This document shows, piece by piece, positions 41,051-52,360 of a stretch of DNA of 64,000 bases. The DNA comes from Candidatus Poribacteria bacterium (GTDB lineage: Bacteria; Poribacteria; WGA-4E; WGA-3G): the NCBI GenBank assembly GCA_965214095.1, contig OZ243938.1:1056001-1120000 (forward strand). The letters run 5' to 3'. The stretch's first letter is position 1, and the number at the start of each line of letters is the position of its first letter. Under the pieces are notes generated by a model. It was not told the DNA's origin. It was given only the letters and a program-made list of their open reading frames with translations, and did not search any database. Position numbers and translations under genes: made by a program.

Positions 41051-44000
41051 ATGAATATTAATAACCTTAAACTTGTAGTATTCGTATTAGCAACCTTTTT
41101 GATGATTTTTAACTTCCACATTGAAACGGAAGCACAGAATGGAGAAAACACAGACACGATCCTTGCCGTAAGTGATCGGACCACAGCAGTGCAGGATGCA
41201 ATTGTCGCAGCAGTAGATGGTGTAACGGATGCTGCAAATGTAACAAATACACAACTTGCTGCTATCACAAGCCTGAACTTACGGAACAAAAGCATCACAG
41301 TTTTAAAATCTGGTGATTTTGATGGGATGACAGGACTGACAAGCCTAAATCTCTATGGCAACCAACTGAGCAGCCTGCCCAATGGTATCTTTGAAGGACT
41401 GACAGCGTTGACGACGTTGCGGTTAGGTGGCAACACCACCGACCCGATGCAAGTCGGCATATACGTTGAGCATATTGATGGTAATAATTACAAGGTGGTC
41501 GTACCGACAGGTGCGCCGTTTGCCATTACCGTTGCCCTTGAAATATCAGATGGCGTAAACCCCGAAGCGTTAGGGAATCAAACCGTGTCCAAAGGCAGTG
41601 TGGAAAGTGCATCTTTTACTGCAGCCTCTATAGTCGGTACAACTGTTGAAATCGGTGGCACTTTGCCATCGCTTCCAAGAAACCATTACGGTTATGAACT
41701 TGCCAAAATAGATCCACCAAGCGACGAAACAACTACAGAAGAAGTGTCCACACCTGAGAACAACCCGCCTGAGTTTACAGATGGAGAGACCACGACACGT
41801 TCCATTGCTGAGAACACAGCAGCAGCGACAAATATCGGTACTGCGATTGGTGCCACGGATTCGGATACGGATGATACGTTAACCTACACGCTTGGTGGTA
41901 CTGATGCGGCATCATTTGATATTGTTAGCACATCCGGCCAACTCCAAACCAAAGCAGCACTGGATTATGAAACGAAGAGCTCCTATACCGTCATAGTTAC
42001 AGTATCAGATAGCAATGGTGGTAGTGATACGATTACAGTCACGATTAATGTTACGGATGTAACTGAAGAGGTCGTAACAGAAACGGATGACGAAGAGGAG
42101 GAGGTTGAAAATAACGCACCGTCCTTTACTGATGGTACGATTACTTTGCGTTCCATCGCTGAGAACACTGCAGCGGATACAAACATTGGCACGGCAGTAG
42201 GTGCTACAGACGAGGATTCGGATGATACCTTAACCTATACGCTTGGTGGAAGAGATGCGGCATCGTTTGCGATTGAGTCTACGACAGGTCAACTGAAAAC
42301 CAAAGCTGCACTGGATTATGAGACAAAAAGTGTCTATCTCGTATCCATTACCGTCTCCGATACCTCTGATACCGATACAATTTCAGTAGTTATTAGTATT
42401 ATAGATGTAGCGGATACGACCATATCCACAGCGGCAGTTGGCGTGAGTGACCGCACACCCGAAGTGCGTGATGCTATCGTCGCTGCAGTGCCGAATGTAA
42501 CCGATGCAGCAAATGTAACAGATACACATCTCGCAGCGATTACCTCACTCAATCTTCGAAATAAAGGCATCACCGCCTTAAAGACAGGTGATTTTTCTGG
42601 ACTTACCAATCTTAGAACTCTGAACCTTTACGGCAACAGTTTGAGTGCACTACCCAATGGTATATTCAACGGATTAACCTCATTGACATCGCTTCGGTCA
42701 GGTGGCAACACCGTGAGTCCGATGCCGATTTTTGTGTCATTAGAGCAGGTAAGTAGCAATCAATATCGGGTCGTGATACCTGCAGGCGCACCCTTTGATG
42801 TTGCGGTGCCACTCCTCCTTACAGATGGCATTAGTCGTCCTGAAGAATTAGGAACATTAACAGTGTCAAAAGGTACTATCAGAAGTTCAACACAGACAGT
42901 GCCCGTTGTGAGCGGTGCATATATTGATATGGGAGCGTTACCCGCTTTACCAGCAAACCATTTCGGGTATACGCTTTCGAAATCCGCAACATGTAACGTG
43001 ACGAAAGCAGTTGCAGATGCGATTGCTGCCGCAGTACCGGGAGTAACAGACTGCCGAAATGTTAGTGAAGCACAACTCGCTGCGATCACCTCGTTGGATC
43101 TCAGTAGCGATTCCATCACTTCGTTGCAAAGCAATGATTTTGCCGGTCTGTTATCTCTTGCCACACTCAATCTTGAAAGCAACCAACTGAGCAGTTTCCC
43201 TGATGGCATCTTTGCAGATTTAACATCATTGACAACCTTGCAGCTAACAGGTAATACCGGTGCCCCTTTCTCGTTTGAAGTATCTTTAGAGAAGGTCGGT
43301 ACAAATCAGTTCAAGGCAGTGATGCCTATCGGTGCGCCGTTTGATGTTGTGTTGCCGATTAGTGTCACGAACGGTAGTGCAGCAGGCAGTGCCACCAGTA
43401 TTACAATCTCACAAGGCAGTGTGGAAAGCGGAACACTCACCGTTACAAGAACACTCAACACACTTGGCGCAGTTACCGTGGATATTGGCACGTTGCCGAG
43501 TATACCCACATCCCATAACGGTTATGCTTTGTCAAAGTCATCCGACTTGCCACTGACAATCTTTGAGGCAGTGAATGTCGCTCCCGTATTTACGGAAGGG
43601 ACATCTGCTACACGTTCCATCGCAGAAAACTCCGCACCCGGCACGAACATCGGCACACCAGTAGCTGCAACGGATGGAAATAGTACTGATACACTTGTCT
43701 ATTCATTGACTGGCACAGATGCATCTTCGTTCACAATTGTTGCTTCCACAGGACAACTTCAAACAAGAGCAGCACTGGACTTTGAAACAAAGGACTCATA
43801 TACGGTCATAGTCAATGTCACTGATAATAATCTGAGTGATACGATTACTGTTACTATTGATGTAACCGATATAGTTGAAAACGTAGCACCCGTGTTTACA
43901 GATGGTGCGTCAACTACGCGTTCTATTGCTGAAAACACGGTAGCCGGCACGAACATCGGCACACCAGTAGCTGCAACGGATGGAAATAGTACTGATACAC

Positions 44001-47000
44001 TTGTCTATTCATTGACTGGCACAGATGCATCTTCGTTCACAATTGTTGCTTCCACAGGACAACTTCAAACAAGAGCAGCACTGGACTTTGAAACAAAGGA
44101 CTCATATACGGTCATAGTCAATGTCACTGATAATAATCTGAGTGATACGATTACTGTTACTATTGATGTAACCGATATAGTTGAAAACGTAGCACCCGTG
44201 TTTACAGATGGTGCGTCAACTACGCGTTCTATTGCTGAAAACACGGTAGCCGGCACGAACATCGGCACACCAGTAGCTGCAACGGATGGAAATAGTACTG
44301 ATACACTTGTCTATTCATTGACTGGCACAGATGCATCTTCGTTCACAATTGTTGCTTCCACAGGACAACTTCAAACAAGAGCAGCACTGGACTTTGAAAC
44401 AAAGGACTCATATACGGTCATAGTCAATGTCACTGATAATAATCTGAGTGATACGATTACTGTTACTATTGATGTAACCGATGTAGTTGAAAACGTAGCA
44501 CCCGTGTTCACAGATGGCACGTCAACCACCCGTTCTATTGCTGAAAACACAGCAGCCGGCACGAATATCGGCACACCCGTTGAGGCAACTGATGCGAACG
44601 GTGATGACACCCTCACCTACACGTTGAGTGGCACGGATGCTGCTACATTTGATATTGTGAGCACAACCGGACAGCTGCAAACGAAAAATGCTCTGAATTA
44701 TGAGCAGAAGAACTCGTATTCAGTAACGGTCACCGTTTCTGATGGCGAAGGTGGCAGCGATAGCATTAACGTTACCATCAATGTGACCGATGTCAAAAAT
44801 GAAGGCACACAACAACAAGTTGAGAGAAACGTACCAGAAACACCAAGCAACAATGCACCTACCTTTACCGATGGTCTTAGCACAACGCGGTCTGTCGCTG
44901 AAAATACAGAAAGCGGTTCGAATATCGGTACGCCTGTTGCTGCGACGGATCAAGATCTTACGGATACGCTGACTTACACGTTGGGTGGCACCGATGCGTC
45001 TTCTTTCTCAATCGTTGGGACAACCGGACAACTCCGAACAAGTGCAGCGTTGGATTATGAAACGAAGAGTTCCTATACCGTGACGGTGAATGTTTCTGAT
45101 GATAATGGTGGGACAGATAGCATTGCCGTAACCATCAATGTGACAGATGTGGCAAATGAAAGCACAGAACAAACGCTAGTAACAACCAACAATGTCCCTT
45201 CATTCACGGATGGTGCAAGCACAACGCGTTCCATCGCAGAGAATACCGTCAGCGGCACCAATATCGGCGCACCCATCGCTGCGACAGATGCAGACACGTC
45301 TAACGAAATTCCGGATGTGCTGTCATACTCCTTAAGCGGTACAGATGCAGCTTCATTCTCAATTGATTCTGCATCAGGACAACTGCAAACCAGTGCAGCG
45401 TTGGATTTTGAAACAAAGGACTCCTACACCGTCACGGTGAGTGTTTCCGATGGTAAGGGAGGGACGGACAGCATCACTGTCACTATCAATGTAACCGATG
45501 TGAATGAAGATGCTGGACCAAACGTTGCCCCTGTTTTCACCGAAGGGGATAGCACGTATCGTTTAATTGAATCACAACCGGATGCAGGTGAAAATGTCGG
45601 TGATCCGATTACCGCTACCGATGCGAATAATGATACGTTGACGTATAGCCTGAGTGGTACACATGCCAATAGGTTCAACATTAATAGTGCAACAGGCCAG
45701 CTGTCAGTCAAAGTAGGCGGTGTTGGTTTCAGTTATTGGGATGACGCATTCAGAAAATCTACGGTGATAGTAACGGTATCAGATAGCAATGGAGGCACAG
45801 ATACGATTACCGTGAATGTTCATCTGATCAGTGCACACGGGAACCATGCGTATAACAACCATTCCCCTTTCTTCGCTGATGCGCATCTTGGTGTAACATA
45901 TCCTGAACCACTCTACACATTCATAGATATTACTGACAATGTGAGAGAGTTTGAAATTGCGGAGAATTCACATATAGGATCACTCGTTGCATCAATCTAT
46001 GTCGCAGATGAAGACATAAGTCATCAAAATAAGATGAGAAGTTCTATTAGTGGTCCAGATGCCGATCTGTTTACCGTTAACGATAGTGGTAGACTCGATA
46101 TAACGGCTATATTTATTGGTGGCCCCCTCGTTACATTTAGTATTACTGAGGTATATACAGATACAGCATTGGACTATGAAACGAAAGAAGACTATTCCAT
46201 AGTCTTGACAGTGACTGACCTTGAAGGTGCCACTGACACGCTTTCATTGAACATCAAGGTAACGGATGTGAATGAAGCTCCATCATTTTCGGATGGTTCG
46301 AGTGCAACGCGTTCTATCGCAGAGAACGTCAGCACAGGGACGAGTGTCGGCAGTGCGGTGAGCGCGACTGACCCGGAAGGTGAAGACTTGACGTATACGT
46401 TGAGTGGCACGGATGCCGCATCCTTTAGTATTAGTAGTACAACGGGGCAGTTGACGACGAGTTCCGCAATTGACTACGAAACGAAGCCATCGTATACGGT
46501 GACGGTCACCGCTTCGGACGGCACGAATTCAACCGATATCACGGTTACGATTCGTGTCACAGACTTAAACGAGGTCGTGACTCAGAATGCCCCTGTGTTC
46601 ACTAATGGTACGAGTACATCGCGTTCAGTCGCAGAAAATTCTGCATCAGGAACGAACATCGGCAGTGCAGTTTCTGCAACAGATGCGGATCCAGGCACCA
46701 CGTTAGCATACTCGCTCAGCGGTACGGATGCGTCATCCTTTGGCATTGTTGGCAGGACTGGGCAGCTGCTAACGAGTGCCGCACTTGACTATGAAACGAA
46801 AGCCTCATATTCAGTGACGATCACTGTATCGGATGGTAATCTCTCAGATACTATCGCGGTGACAATTAATGTTACGGATGCAAATGATGCACCAGAGTTT
46901 GATGAAGGCACAACAACGACCCGAACTGTTGGCGAAGAGGTCGTTATCGGCACAATTGTGGGGAATCCTGTTGATGCTGTTGATCAGGACAGAGATGTCC

Positions 47001-49825
47001 TGAATTATACGCTCAGTGGCACCGATGCTGCGTCATTTACGATCGATTCTTCCACAGGACAGTTGAGAACAGCTGTTGAACTTGACTTTGATACGAAGAG
47101 AACCTATTCGGTGGTCGTTACTGCCACTGATAATGAAACAGGGACAGATGCGGATACGGATACACCTCTTTCTGACACCATCACCGTGACAATCAATGTC
47201 GGCCAGTATTTCCCTGGGAGTCTGCTACCTGCATTCGATGAACTTGCAGATGACCTATTCGCTTCCATTACGCGTTCTATTGACGAAAACACGCCATCAG
47301 GTACAAATATCGGCTCACCTGTCAGTGCAACGGATCCGGACGCGGATGATGAACTGATTTACAGTTTGCCATCAGGACAACGGGATAACGGCTCTTTCAG
47401 TATTGTCAGTTCAACTGGGCAGCTACAAACCAGTGCTGCACTCAACCATGAAACGAAAGACTCTTATATTGTATTCATAAGGGTGACGGACGGTGCTAAC
47501 GCTGCCACTACGACAGCCACTATCAACATCAACGATATCAACGATGCGCCTGTCTTTACGGATGGCACAAGCATCACTCTAACTGTTGCAGAAAATACGG
47601 CGGCGGCAACAAACATCGGTTCTGCTATTGCTGCGACAGATGAGGATGAACCCGCGAACACGTTAACCTATACGTTGAGTGGCACGGATGCTGCTTCGTT
47701 TGATGTTGTCAGCACTTCTGGTCAGATACAGACAAAAGCGGACTTGGATTTTGAAACGAAGTTGTCTTATTCCGTAACGCTCTCCGTTTCTGATGGGAAT
47801 CAAGGCACAGACTCCATTGCGGTGACGATCAATGTGACGGACGTTACGGAGGTGGCAAACGAACCACCTGAATTCAGTGATGGTGCTACTGCCACGCGTT
47901 CCATTCCGGAAAATACTGCGTCTGGTAGTAACGTCGGTGCTGCCTTCACGGCGACTGATCCAGACAGTGGTGACACGGTGTCCTATTCGCTGAGTGGGAC
48001 GGATGCTGCTTCGTTTAGTGTGAATAGTTCAACCGGGCAGCTGACGACTGCTACAACTTTTGATTTTGAAACGAAGACATCTTATACCGTCATCATTACG
48101 GCATCTGATGGGAAGCCGAACAATGGCAAAGACACCATCACGGTGACCATTAACATTACCGATGTAACCGAGAACAACGACCCTGTGTTCACGGATGGTG
48201 AATCCGTTACCCGCTCCCTTGATGAGACAGCTTATACGGCAGATGTTCTGTCATTATCATGGGAAAATATTGGGGATCCGATCACTGCAACGGATGCGGA
48301 TAACGATACCATCACTTATGCTATTACCAATTCATCATCTCTTTTCCGAATTCAATCCAGTGGTCAGTTGCAGGGTATTGGTTTAGACCATGAAACTACA
48401 GCATCTCATACGCTAACGATCACAGCAACGGACACCAACAATGGAAGCGATTCCATCTCTGTGACGGTCACTGTGAACGATATCAATGAGATTCCGACTA
48501 TTTCATCAGATAATGAATCGACATTAAGTTTCAGTGCTGGGACTGCTGCCAGTACAAATTTAGGTTCCATTTATACTGCTTACGACTATGATGATAGCGA
48601 TACGCTTACCTTCTCGCTGGCAGGTACGAATGCCGATAAGTTCCAACTTAGCACAACGACAACGGCAACCTATGCCGGTTCGGACGGGTACGCGGTTCAA
48701 GCAACGGCGCAGCTCCAAAACAAAGCTGAGTTGACAGCCGGTGAATTTAGTGTTGTCATAGAGGCATCCGATACGGCTGGATTGAAAGCGACAACAGGTG
48801 TTACGATCAATGTTATTGGAGGACCGTTCCCTGCAGTCGCTGACCGCACTGCTGCTGTTAGAGATGCTATCGTTGCCGCTATTGATGGGGTGGATTCTGC
48901 AAGCGACATCACAGGTACCCACCTTGAAAGTATTACCGCGTTGGATCTTTCAAGTCAGTCAATTTCATCGCTGTCCGCTGGTGATTTTAATGGGATGAGT
49001 TCACTGACATCCCTCGACCTCAGTGACAATTTATTAGGAACCTCTCTTCCTGATGGTATCTTCAGTGGGTTATCCTTAAGCACCTTAGACCTTTCTGGCA
49101 ATACTGGAACGCCAGCAATTGTTTTGTCAATGGAAAGGGTTGCTGATAGCGATAGCGATATTAAAACTGCGGACGTTAGGGTGAAAGTGAACACAGCAGC
49201 ACCCTTTGATATGCAGGTTGATGTCCTAACACATGTGAAGTTATGTCTGTTCGGTTTTTGTGGTGAGTGGCTTATCGGAGTTCGTTCCCAGCAGCCTACT
49301 ATTTCAGCTGGAAGTATTTATAGTGACACATTTGTAATTGATACTGATGCAACAACTATATCAGTCTCTGTTATAGGGGTGAGTATTGATGCTACTACTT
49401 ATCCTTCATTACCCTCTGGCCATACAGGCTATGCGTTCAATAACAGTGACGATCAGCCGTTAGAGGTTCTGCCTGATGATGAAGGAACTGGTGCACCTTC
49501 GCTGCAAAGCAGTGCAGACTCGCAGCGACCGGAAACAACTGCACTGCTTCCGAACTTCCCAAACCCGTTCAATCCTGAAACGTGGATTCCTTATCAACTC
49601 AATAAACCGAGTGATGTTACTATCACGATCTACGATATTCAAGGCAATGTCGTGCGTCATTTAGATCTTGGTCAGAAACAAGCGGGATATTACACGGATC
49701 GGAGTCGTGCGGGGTATTGGGATGGTCGGAATGCTGTCGGTGAACGCGTGGCGAATGGTGTTTATTTCTATCAACTGAAGGCAGGGGACTATTCCTATCT
49801 GCGTAAGATGTTGATTGTGAAGTAG
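41051..49825 (+). CDS. Giant secreted adhesin-like protein: 4 capped short-LRR modules, ~18 cadherin domains, FlgD-Ig/T9SS-like C-terminal domain
   Basis: Signal peptide from MNINNLKL (aagga RBS); DRT..VRDAIV LRR caps; AxDxD/LD(Y/F)ETK repeats; NFPNPFNPETWIPYQL...RKMLIVK. Confidence 0.9.
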   Translation: MNINNLKLVVFVLATFLMIFNFHIETEAQNGENTDTILAVSDRTTAVQDAIVAAVDGVTDAANVTNTQLAAITSLNLRNKSITVLKSGDFDGMTGLTSLNLYGNQLSSLPNGIFEGLTALTTLRLGGNTTDPMQVGIYVEHIDGNNYKVVVPTGAPFAITVALEISDGVNPEALGNQTVSKGSVESASFTAASIVGTTVEIGGTLPSLPRNHYGYELAKIDPPSDETTTEEVSTPENNPPEFTDGETTTRSIAENTAAATNIGTAIGATDSDTDDTLTYTLGGTDAASFDIVSTSGQLQTKAALDYETKSSYTVIVTVSDSNGGSDTITVTINVTDVTEEVVTETDDEEEEVENNAPSFTDGTITLRSIAENTAADTNIGTAVGATDEDSDDTLTYTLGGRDAASFAIESTTGQLKTKAALDYETKSVYLVSITVSDTSDTDTISVVISIIDVADTTISTAAVGVSDRTPEVRDAIVAAVPNVTDAANVTDTHLAAITSLNLRNKGITALKTGDFSGLTNLRTLNLYGNSLSALPNGIFNGLTSLTSLRSGGNTVSPMPIFVSLEQVSSNQYRVVIPAGAPFDVAVPLLLTDGISRPEELGTLTVSKGTIRSSTQTVPVVSGAYIDMGALPALPANHFGYTLSKSATCNVTKAVADAIAAAVPGVTDCRNVSEAQLAAITSLDLSSDSITSLQSNDFAGLLSLATLNLESNQLSSFPDGIFADLTSLTTLQLTGNTGAPFSFEVSLEKVGTNQFKAVMPIGAPFDVVLPISVTNGSAAGSATSITISQGSVESGTLTVTRTLNTLGAVTVDIGTLPSIPTSHNGYALSKSSDLPLTIFEAVNVAPVFTEGTSATRSIAENSAPGTNIGTPVAATDGNSTDTLVYSLTGTDASSFTIVASTGQLQTRAALDFETKDSYTVIVNVTDNNLSDTITVTIDVTDIVENVAPVFTDGASTTRSIAENTVAGTNIGTPVAATDGNSTDTLVYSLTGTDASSFTIVASTGQLQTRAALDFETKDSYTVIVNVTDNNLSDTITVTIDVTDIVENVAPVFTDGASTTRSIAENTVAGTNIGTPVAATDGNSTDTLVYSLTGTDASSFTIVASTGQLQTRAALDFETKDSYTVIVNVTDNNLSDTITVTIDVTDVVENVAPVFTDGTSTTRSIAENTAAGTNIGTPVEATDANGDDTLTYTLSGTDAATFDIVSTTGQLQTKNALNYEQKNSYSVTVTVSDGEGGSDSINVTINVTDVKNEGTQQQVERNVPETPSNNAPTFTDGLSTTRSVAENTESGSNIGTPVAATDQDLTDTLTYTLGGTDASSFSIVGTTGQLRTSAALDYETKSSYTVTVNVSDDNGGTDSIAVTINVTDVANESTEQTLVTTNNVPSFTDGASTTRSIAENTVSGTNIGAPIAATDADTSNEIPDVLSYSLSGTDAASFSIDSASGQLQTSAALDFETKDSYTVTVSVSDGKGGTDSITVTINVTDVNEDAGPNVAPVFTEGDSTYRLIESQPDAGENVGDPITATDANNDTLTYSLSGTHANRFNINSATGQLSVKVGGVGFSYWDDAFRKSTVIVTVSDSNGGTDTITVNVHLISAHGNHAYNNHSPFFADAHLGVTYPEPLYTFIDITDNVREFEIAENSHIGSLVASIYVADEDISHQNKMRSSISGPDADLFTVNDSGRLDITAIFIGGPLVTFSITEVYTDTALDYETKEDYSIVLTVTDLEGATDTLSLNIKVTDVNEAPSFSDGSSATRSIAENVSTGTSVGSAVSATDPEGEDLTYTLSGTDAASFSISSTTGQLTTSSAIDYETKPSYTVTVTASDGTNSTDITVTIRVTDLNEVVTQNAPVFTNGTSTSRSVAENSASGTNIGSAVSATDADPGTTLAYSLSGTDASSFGIVGRTGQLLTSAALDYETKASYSVTITVSDGNLSDTIAVTINVTDANDAPEFDEGTTTTRTVGEEVVIGTIVGNPVDAVDQDRDVLNYTLSGTDAASFTIDSSTGQLRTAVELDFDTKRTYSVVVTATDNETGTDADTDTPLSDTITVTINVGQYFPGSLLPAFDELADDLFASITRSIDENTPSGTNIGSPVSATDPDADDELIYSLPSGQRDNGSFSIVSSTGQLQTSAALNHETKDSYIVFIRVTDGANAATTTATININDINDAPVFTDGTSITLTVAENTAAATNIGSAIAATDEDEPANTLTYTLSGTDAASFDVVSTSGQIQTKADLDFETKLSYSVTLSVSDGNQGTDSIAVTINVTDVTEVANEPPEFSDGATATRSIPENTASGSNVGAAFTATDPDSGDTVSYSLSGTDAASFSVNSSTGQLTTATTFDFETKTSYTVIITASDGKPNNGKDTITVTINITDVTENNDPVFTDGESVTRSLDETAYTADVLSLSWENIGDPITATDADNDTITYAITNSSSLFRIQSSGQLQGIGLDHETTASHTLTITATDTNNGSDSISVTVTVNDINEIPTISSDNESTLSFSAGTAASTNLGSIYTAYDYDDSDTLTFSLAGTNADKFQLSTTTTATYAGSDGYAVQATAQLQNKAELTAGEFSVVIEASDTAGLKATTGVTINVIGGPFPAVADRTAAVRDAIVAAIDGVDSASDITGTHLESITALDLSSQSISSLSAGDFNGMSSLTSLDLSDNLLGTSLPDGIFSGLSLSTLDLSGNTGTPAIVLSMERVADSDSDIKTADVRVKVNTAAPFDMQVDVLTHVKLCLFGFCGEWLIGVRSQQPTISAGSIYSDTFVIDTDATTISVSVIGVSIDATTYPSLPSGHTGYAFNNSDDQPLEVLPDDEGTGAPSLQSSADSQRPETTALLPNFPNPFNPETWIPYQLNKPSDVTITIYDIQGNVVRHLDLGQKQAGYYTDRSRAGYWDGRNAVGERVANGVYFYQLKAGDYSYLRKMLIVK
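43638..44507 (+). repeat. Near-perfect 306-bp tandem repeat (about 3 copies of one cadherin domain)
   Basis: ccggcacgaacatcggcacaccagtagctgcaacggatggaaat recurs at ~43638, ~43944 and ~44250. Confidence 0.92.
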
Positions 49826-49850
49826 GTTATCGGCTATCAGTTTCGGTCTC

Positions 49851-50111
49851 GTAGGTTGGGTTATGTTCCTTAACTCAACCTATGGGTTCTAATTAGTGAA
49901 ATCCGAGAAATTCCATCTGAATACGGATCTGTCATTGTAGGAGGAAACTCCGATTCTCGATTTCTTTGGGGATTCACAATTTTAGAGGGTCATTCAAAAG
50001 AAATGTCTAGCTATAAATATGATTTAGGCATGCTGTCGGGGATAGAAAGCCCTCCAACAATGAGATGGATCAAAATCCTTCAATAAGATCGAGGTTAGAA
50101 ACCCGGTCTAC
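49851..50111. repeat. Cluster of degenerate GTAG REP-like hairpins
   Basis: gtaggttgggtt..aactcaaccta; tgtaggaggaaactccgattctcga; gtcggggatagaaagccctccaaca; gaggttagaaacccggtctaca. Confidence 0.6.
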
Positions 50112-50132
50112 AAAGTAAAAACGGAGAATCAG

Positions 50133-52025
50133 ATGAGATATATTTTAAATCAGAAAGTAATAGTGCTAAACTTCATTGTTTTATCTTTGTTTTTTGGAAT
50201 AGTCATGACAGGTTATGCTGATGACACAGAGACACCGCATTTTCATGATGAAACCACAACACTCACCGTTGAAGAAAATGCCGATTCCAACGTAAATATC
50301 GGTGCCCCTTTCACTGCACATAATGTAGGCGAAAACGACGAATATAGACTCAGCGGAACGGATGCAGATAATTTCAACCTTCACCCCGCAACAGGACAAC
50401 TTAAAACCAGTGCTTGGCTTGATTATGAAACCAAGACATCCTATTCCGTAACAGTTGAAATTCATCAAGCAAGCAACGAAATGGTATCAGCTGTACTTAA
50501 TGGTGTTACAGTGTCAACTTACAATTACACATTGAGAGATTCAATCGCTGTGACGATCAATGTAACCAATTTAGACTACGAATTCCTTCCCGGTGAGAAC
50601 GTTCGCTCCGTAGCAGAAAATTCGCCAGTCGGTACGAATGTTGGGAGTCAGATTGCACACGAGTTCGGATCTAATACGAATTATACCTTCGTCCTTGGTG
50701 GAACTGATGCATCTTCTTTCAAACTGCGACGTTTAACGATACCAAACGAACCAATTGCAAATATCTTTACCAATCAGATACAGACGAATGCTGCACTTGA
50801 TTATGAAACAAAAAACTCTTATGAGGTCACACTTAAACTGCAAACCTATACTGAGAAAATTCTCCCGACGGGTGCAGTTAAGCGGATCTTCACCGATAGG
50901 GACACGATCACAGTATCTATCAACGTAACGGATGCCAACGATGCTCCTGTGTTTACCAATGCCACCGCCACCCGATCCATCGCTGAAAACACTGTTGCAG
51001 ATACAGATATCGGTGCAGCTTTCACAGCTACGGATCAGGACGAAAATACACTTACCTACAGCCTTGGTGGGACAGATGCGTCTTCATTTGCGATTGGTTC
51101 AACAACAGGGCAGCTCAAAACGAAAGTAGCATTGGACTACGAGACGAAAGCAACCTATATGGTCAATGTGATTGCATCTGATGCAGATGATAGCGATAGT
51201 ATTTCTGTTACCATCAACGTAACGGACGTAGATGAGAATACTACATCGAGTGTGATGCCGTCTGAAGTTGACGCACCACCGAGTATTACCAGTGATGAAA
51301 TTGCACAAATCATTTCATTGCTATCTATGGACAAGGTGATATTCAACGAACTCTATAACGCATCTAATGACACACATGATTGGTTGGAGCTGCGAAATAT
51401 CAGTGATATAGAAGTGAACCTATCGGGATGGCAAATGAAAGTCAATACGGGTTTAGGTAGGGAAATTATCTCATTCCCCGATGGTACACTGCTTAGTTCT
51501 GGAGAGGTGTTATTGCTTGTCAACACAGCACCGAATTCCCCTGAGAGCCAATTGTCGGATCCGGGTGATGGTACTGTACGATACGTTGTAGATGCGAATT
51601 TCGATTTGCCGCAAACCGATTTTGCGTTGATCTTACAAGGTCTTGATGGTGGGTATGAAGACAGTGTCGGTAATTACTTTCCTAACCGGGAAATGAAACC
51701 CGCGACTGCACCGCTACTCACTGCAAATGTTGCATGGACCCGTGCCAAACCTGCTGTGATCGGATACCAAGCAGAAGCATGGGTTGAGAGTGGCTACAGA
51801 GATGGACTGGGTTATGATGAAGGTGCACCTGAATCAACAAGTCTCGGCACTCCTGGCCATCGGTTAATTCTAAGCACTGACCTTGATGGTAATGGTGTTA
51901 TCAACATTCTGGATTTGGTGTTGGTAGCATCTAAGTTCGGTGCCACAAACGCACCTGAAGCCGACCTCAATGCTGACGGTGTCGTGAATATCCGTGACCT
52001 TGAAATAGTTGCGAATAGTTTTTGA
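50133..52025 (+). CDS. Secreted protein with 3 cadherin domains, a lamin-tail domain and a C-terminal dockerin-like domain
   Basis: Signal peptide; LDYETK; VIFNELYNA..HDWLELRN; DLDGNGVINILDL..DLNADGVVNIRDL. Confidence 0.85.
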   Translation: MRYILNQKVIVLNFIVLSLFFGIVMTGYADDTETPHFHDETTTLTVEENADSNVNIGAPFTAHNVGENDEYRLSGTDADNFNLHPATGQLKTSAWLDYETKTSYSVTVEIHQASNEMVSAVLNGVTVSTYNYTLRDSIAVTINVTNLDYEFLPGENVRSVAENSPVGTNVGSQIAHEFGSNTNYTFVLGGTDASSFKLRRLTIPNEPIANIFTNQIQTNAALDYETKNSYEVTLKLQTYTEKILPTGAVKRIFTDRDTITVSINVTDANDAPVFTNATATRSIAENTVADTDIGAAFTATDQDENTLTYSLGGTDASSFAIGSTTGQLKTKVALDYETKATYMVNVIASDADDSDSISVTINVTDVDENTTSSVMPSEVDAPPSITSDEIAQIISLLSMDKVIFNELYNASNDTHDWLELRNISDIEVNLSGWQMKVNTGLGREIISFPDGTLLSSGEVLLLVNTAPNSPESQLSDPGDGTVRYVVDANFDLPQTDFALILQGLDGGYEDSVGNYFPNREMKPATAPLLTANVAWTRAKPAVIGYQAEAWVESGYRDGLGYDEGAPESTSLGTPGHRLILSTDLDGNGVINILDLVLVASKFGATNAPEADLNADGVVNIRDLEIVANSF

Positions 52026-52134
52026 ATCTTGAACTGCATCACTTAGCGAAACAGAACGATGTGCAGTCATCTGGTAATTAAGAGCATAAAGGTCTCGCCT
52101 TGGCGGAGGCGTGTGCAAATATCCGCTAATACGT

Positions 52135-52350
52135 TCACTATACGTCCTGCGCGGAGACGTTAAACCTGCACATTTACAATAGGAGGGATAAATTAAAAAA
52201 GGACTCATGGAAATTGATTACCTTTTCCGAACCGGATCCTACGCGAGAACCTCTATGAAGGTATTTGGCACAAAGCCGGTTCGGTTAGGAAACCGAACCT
52301 ACCGGTCTTGGTGAATTTCAGACTATCGCGGTTTCAAACCGCTCCAACAA
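52135..52350. repeat. Intergenic repeat mosaic
   Basis: acgtcctgcgcggagacgttaaacctgca (also ~55715); ccggttcggttaggaaaccgaacctaccgg (also 11361, 54122); aaaccgctccaacaa (also ~58350, ~58477). Confidence 0.7.
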
Positions 52351-52360
52351 GGAGAGAATC

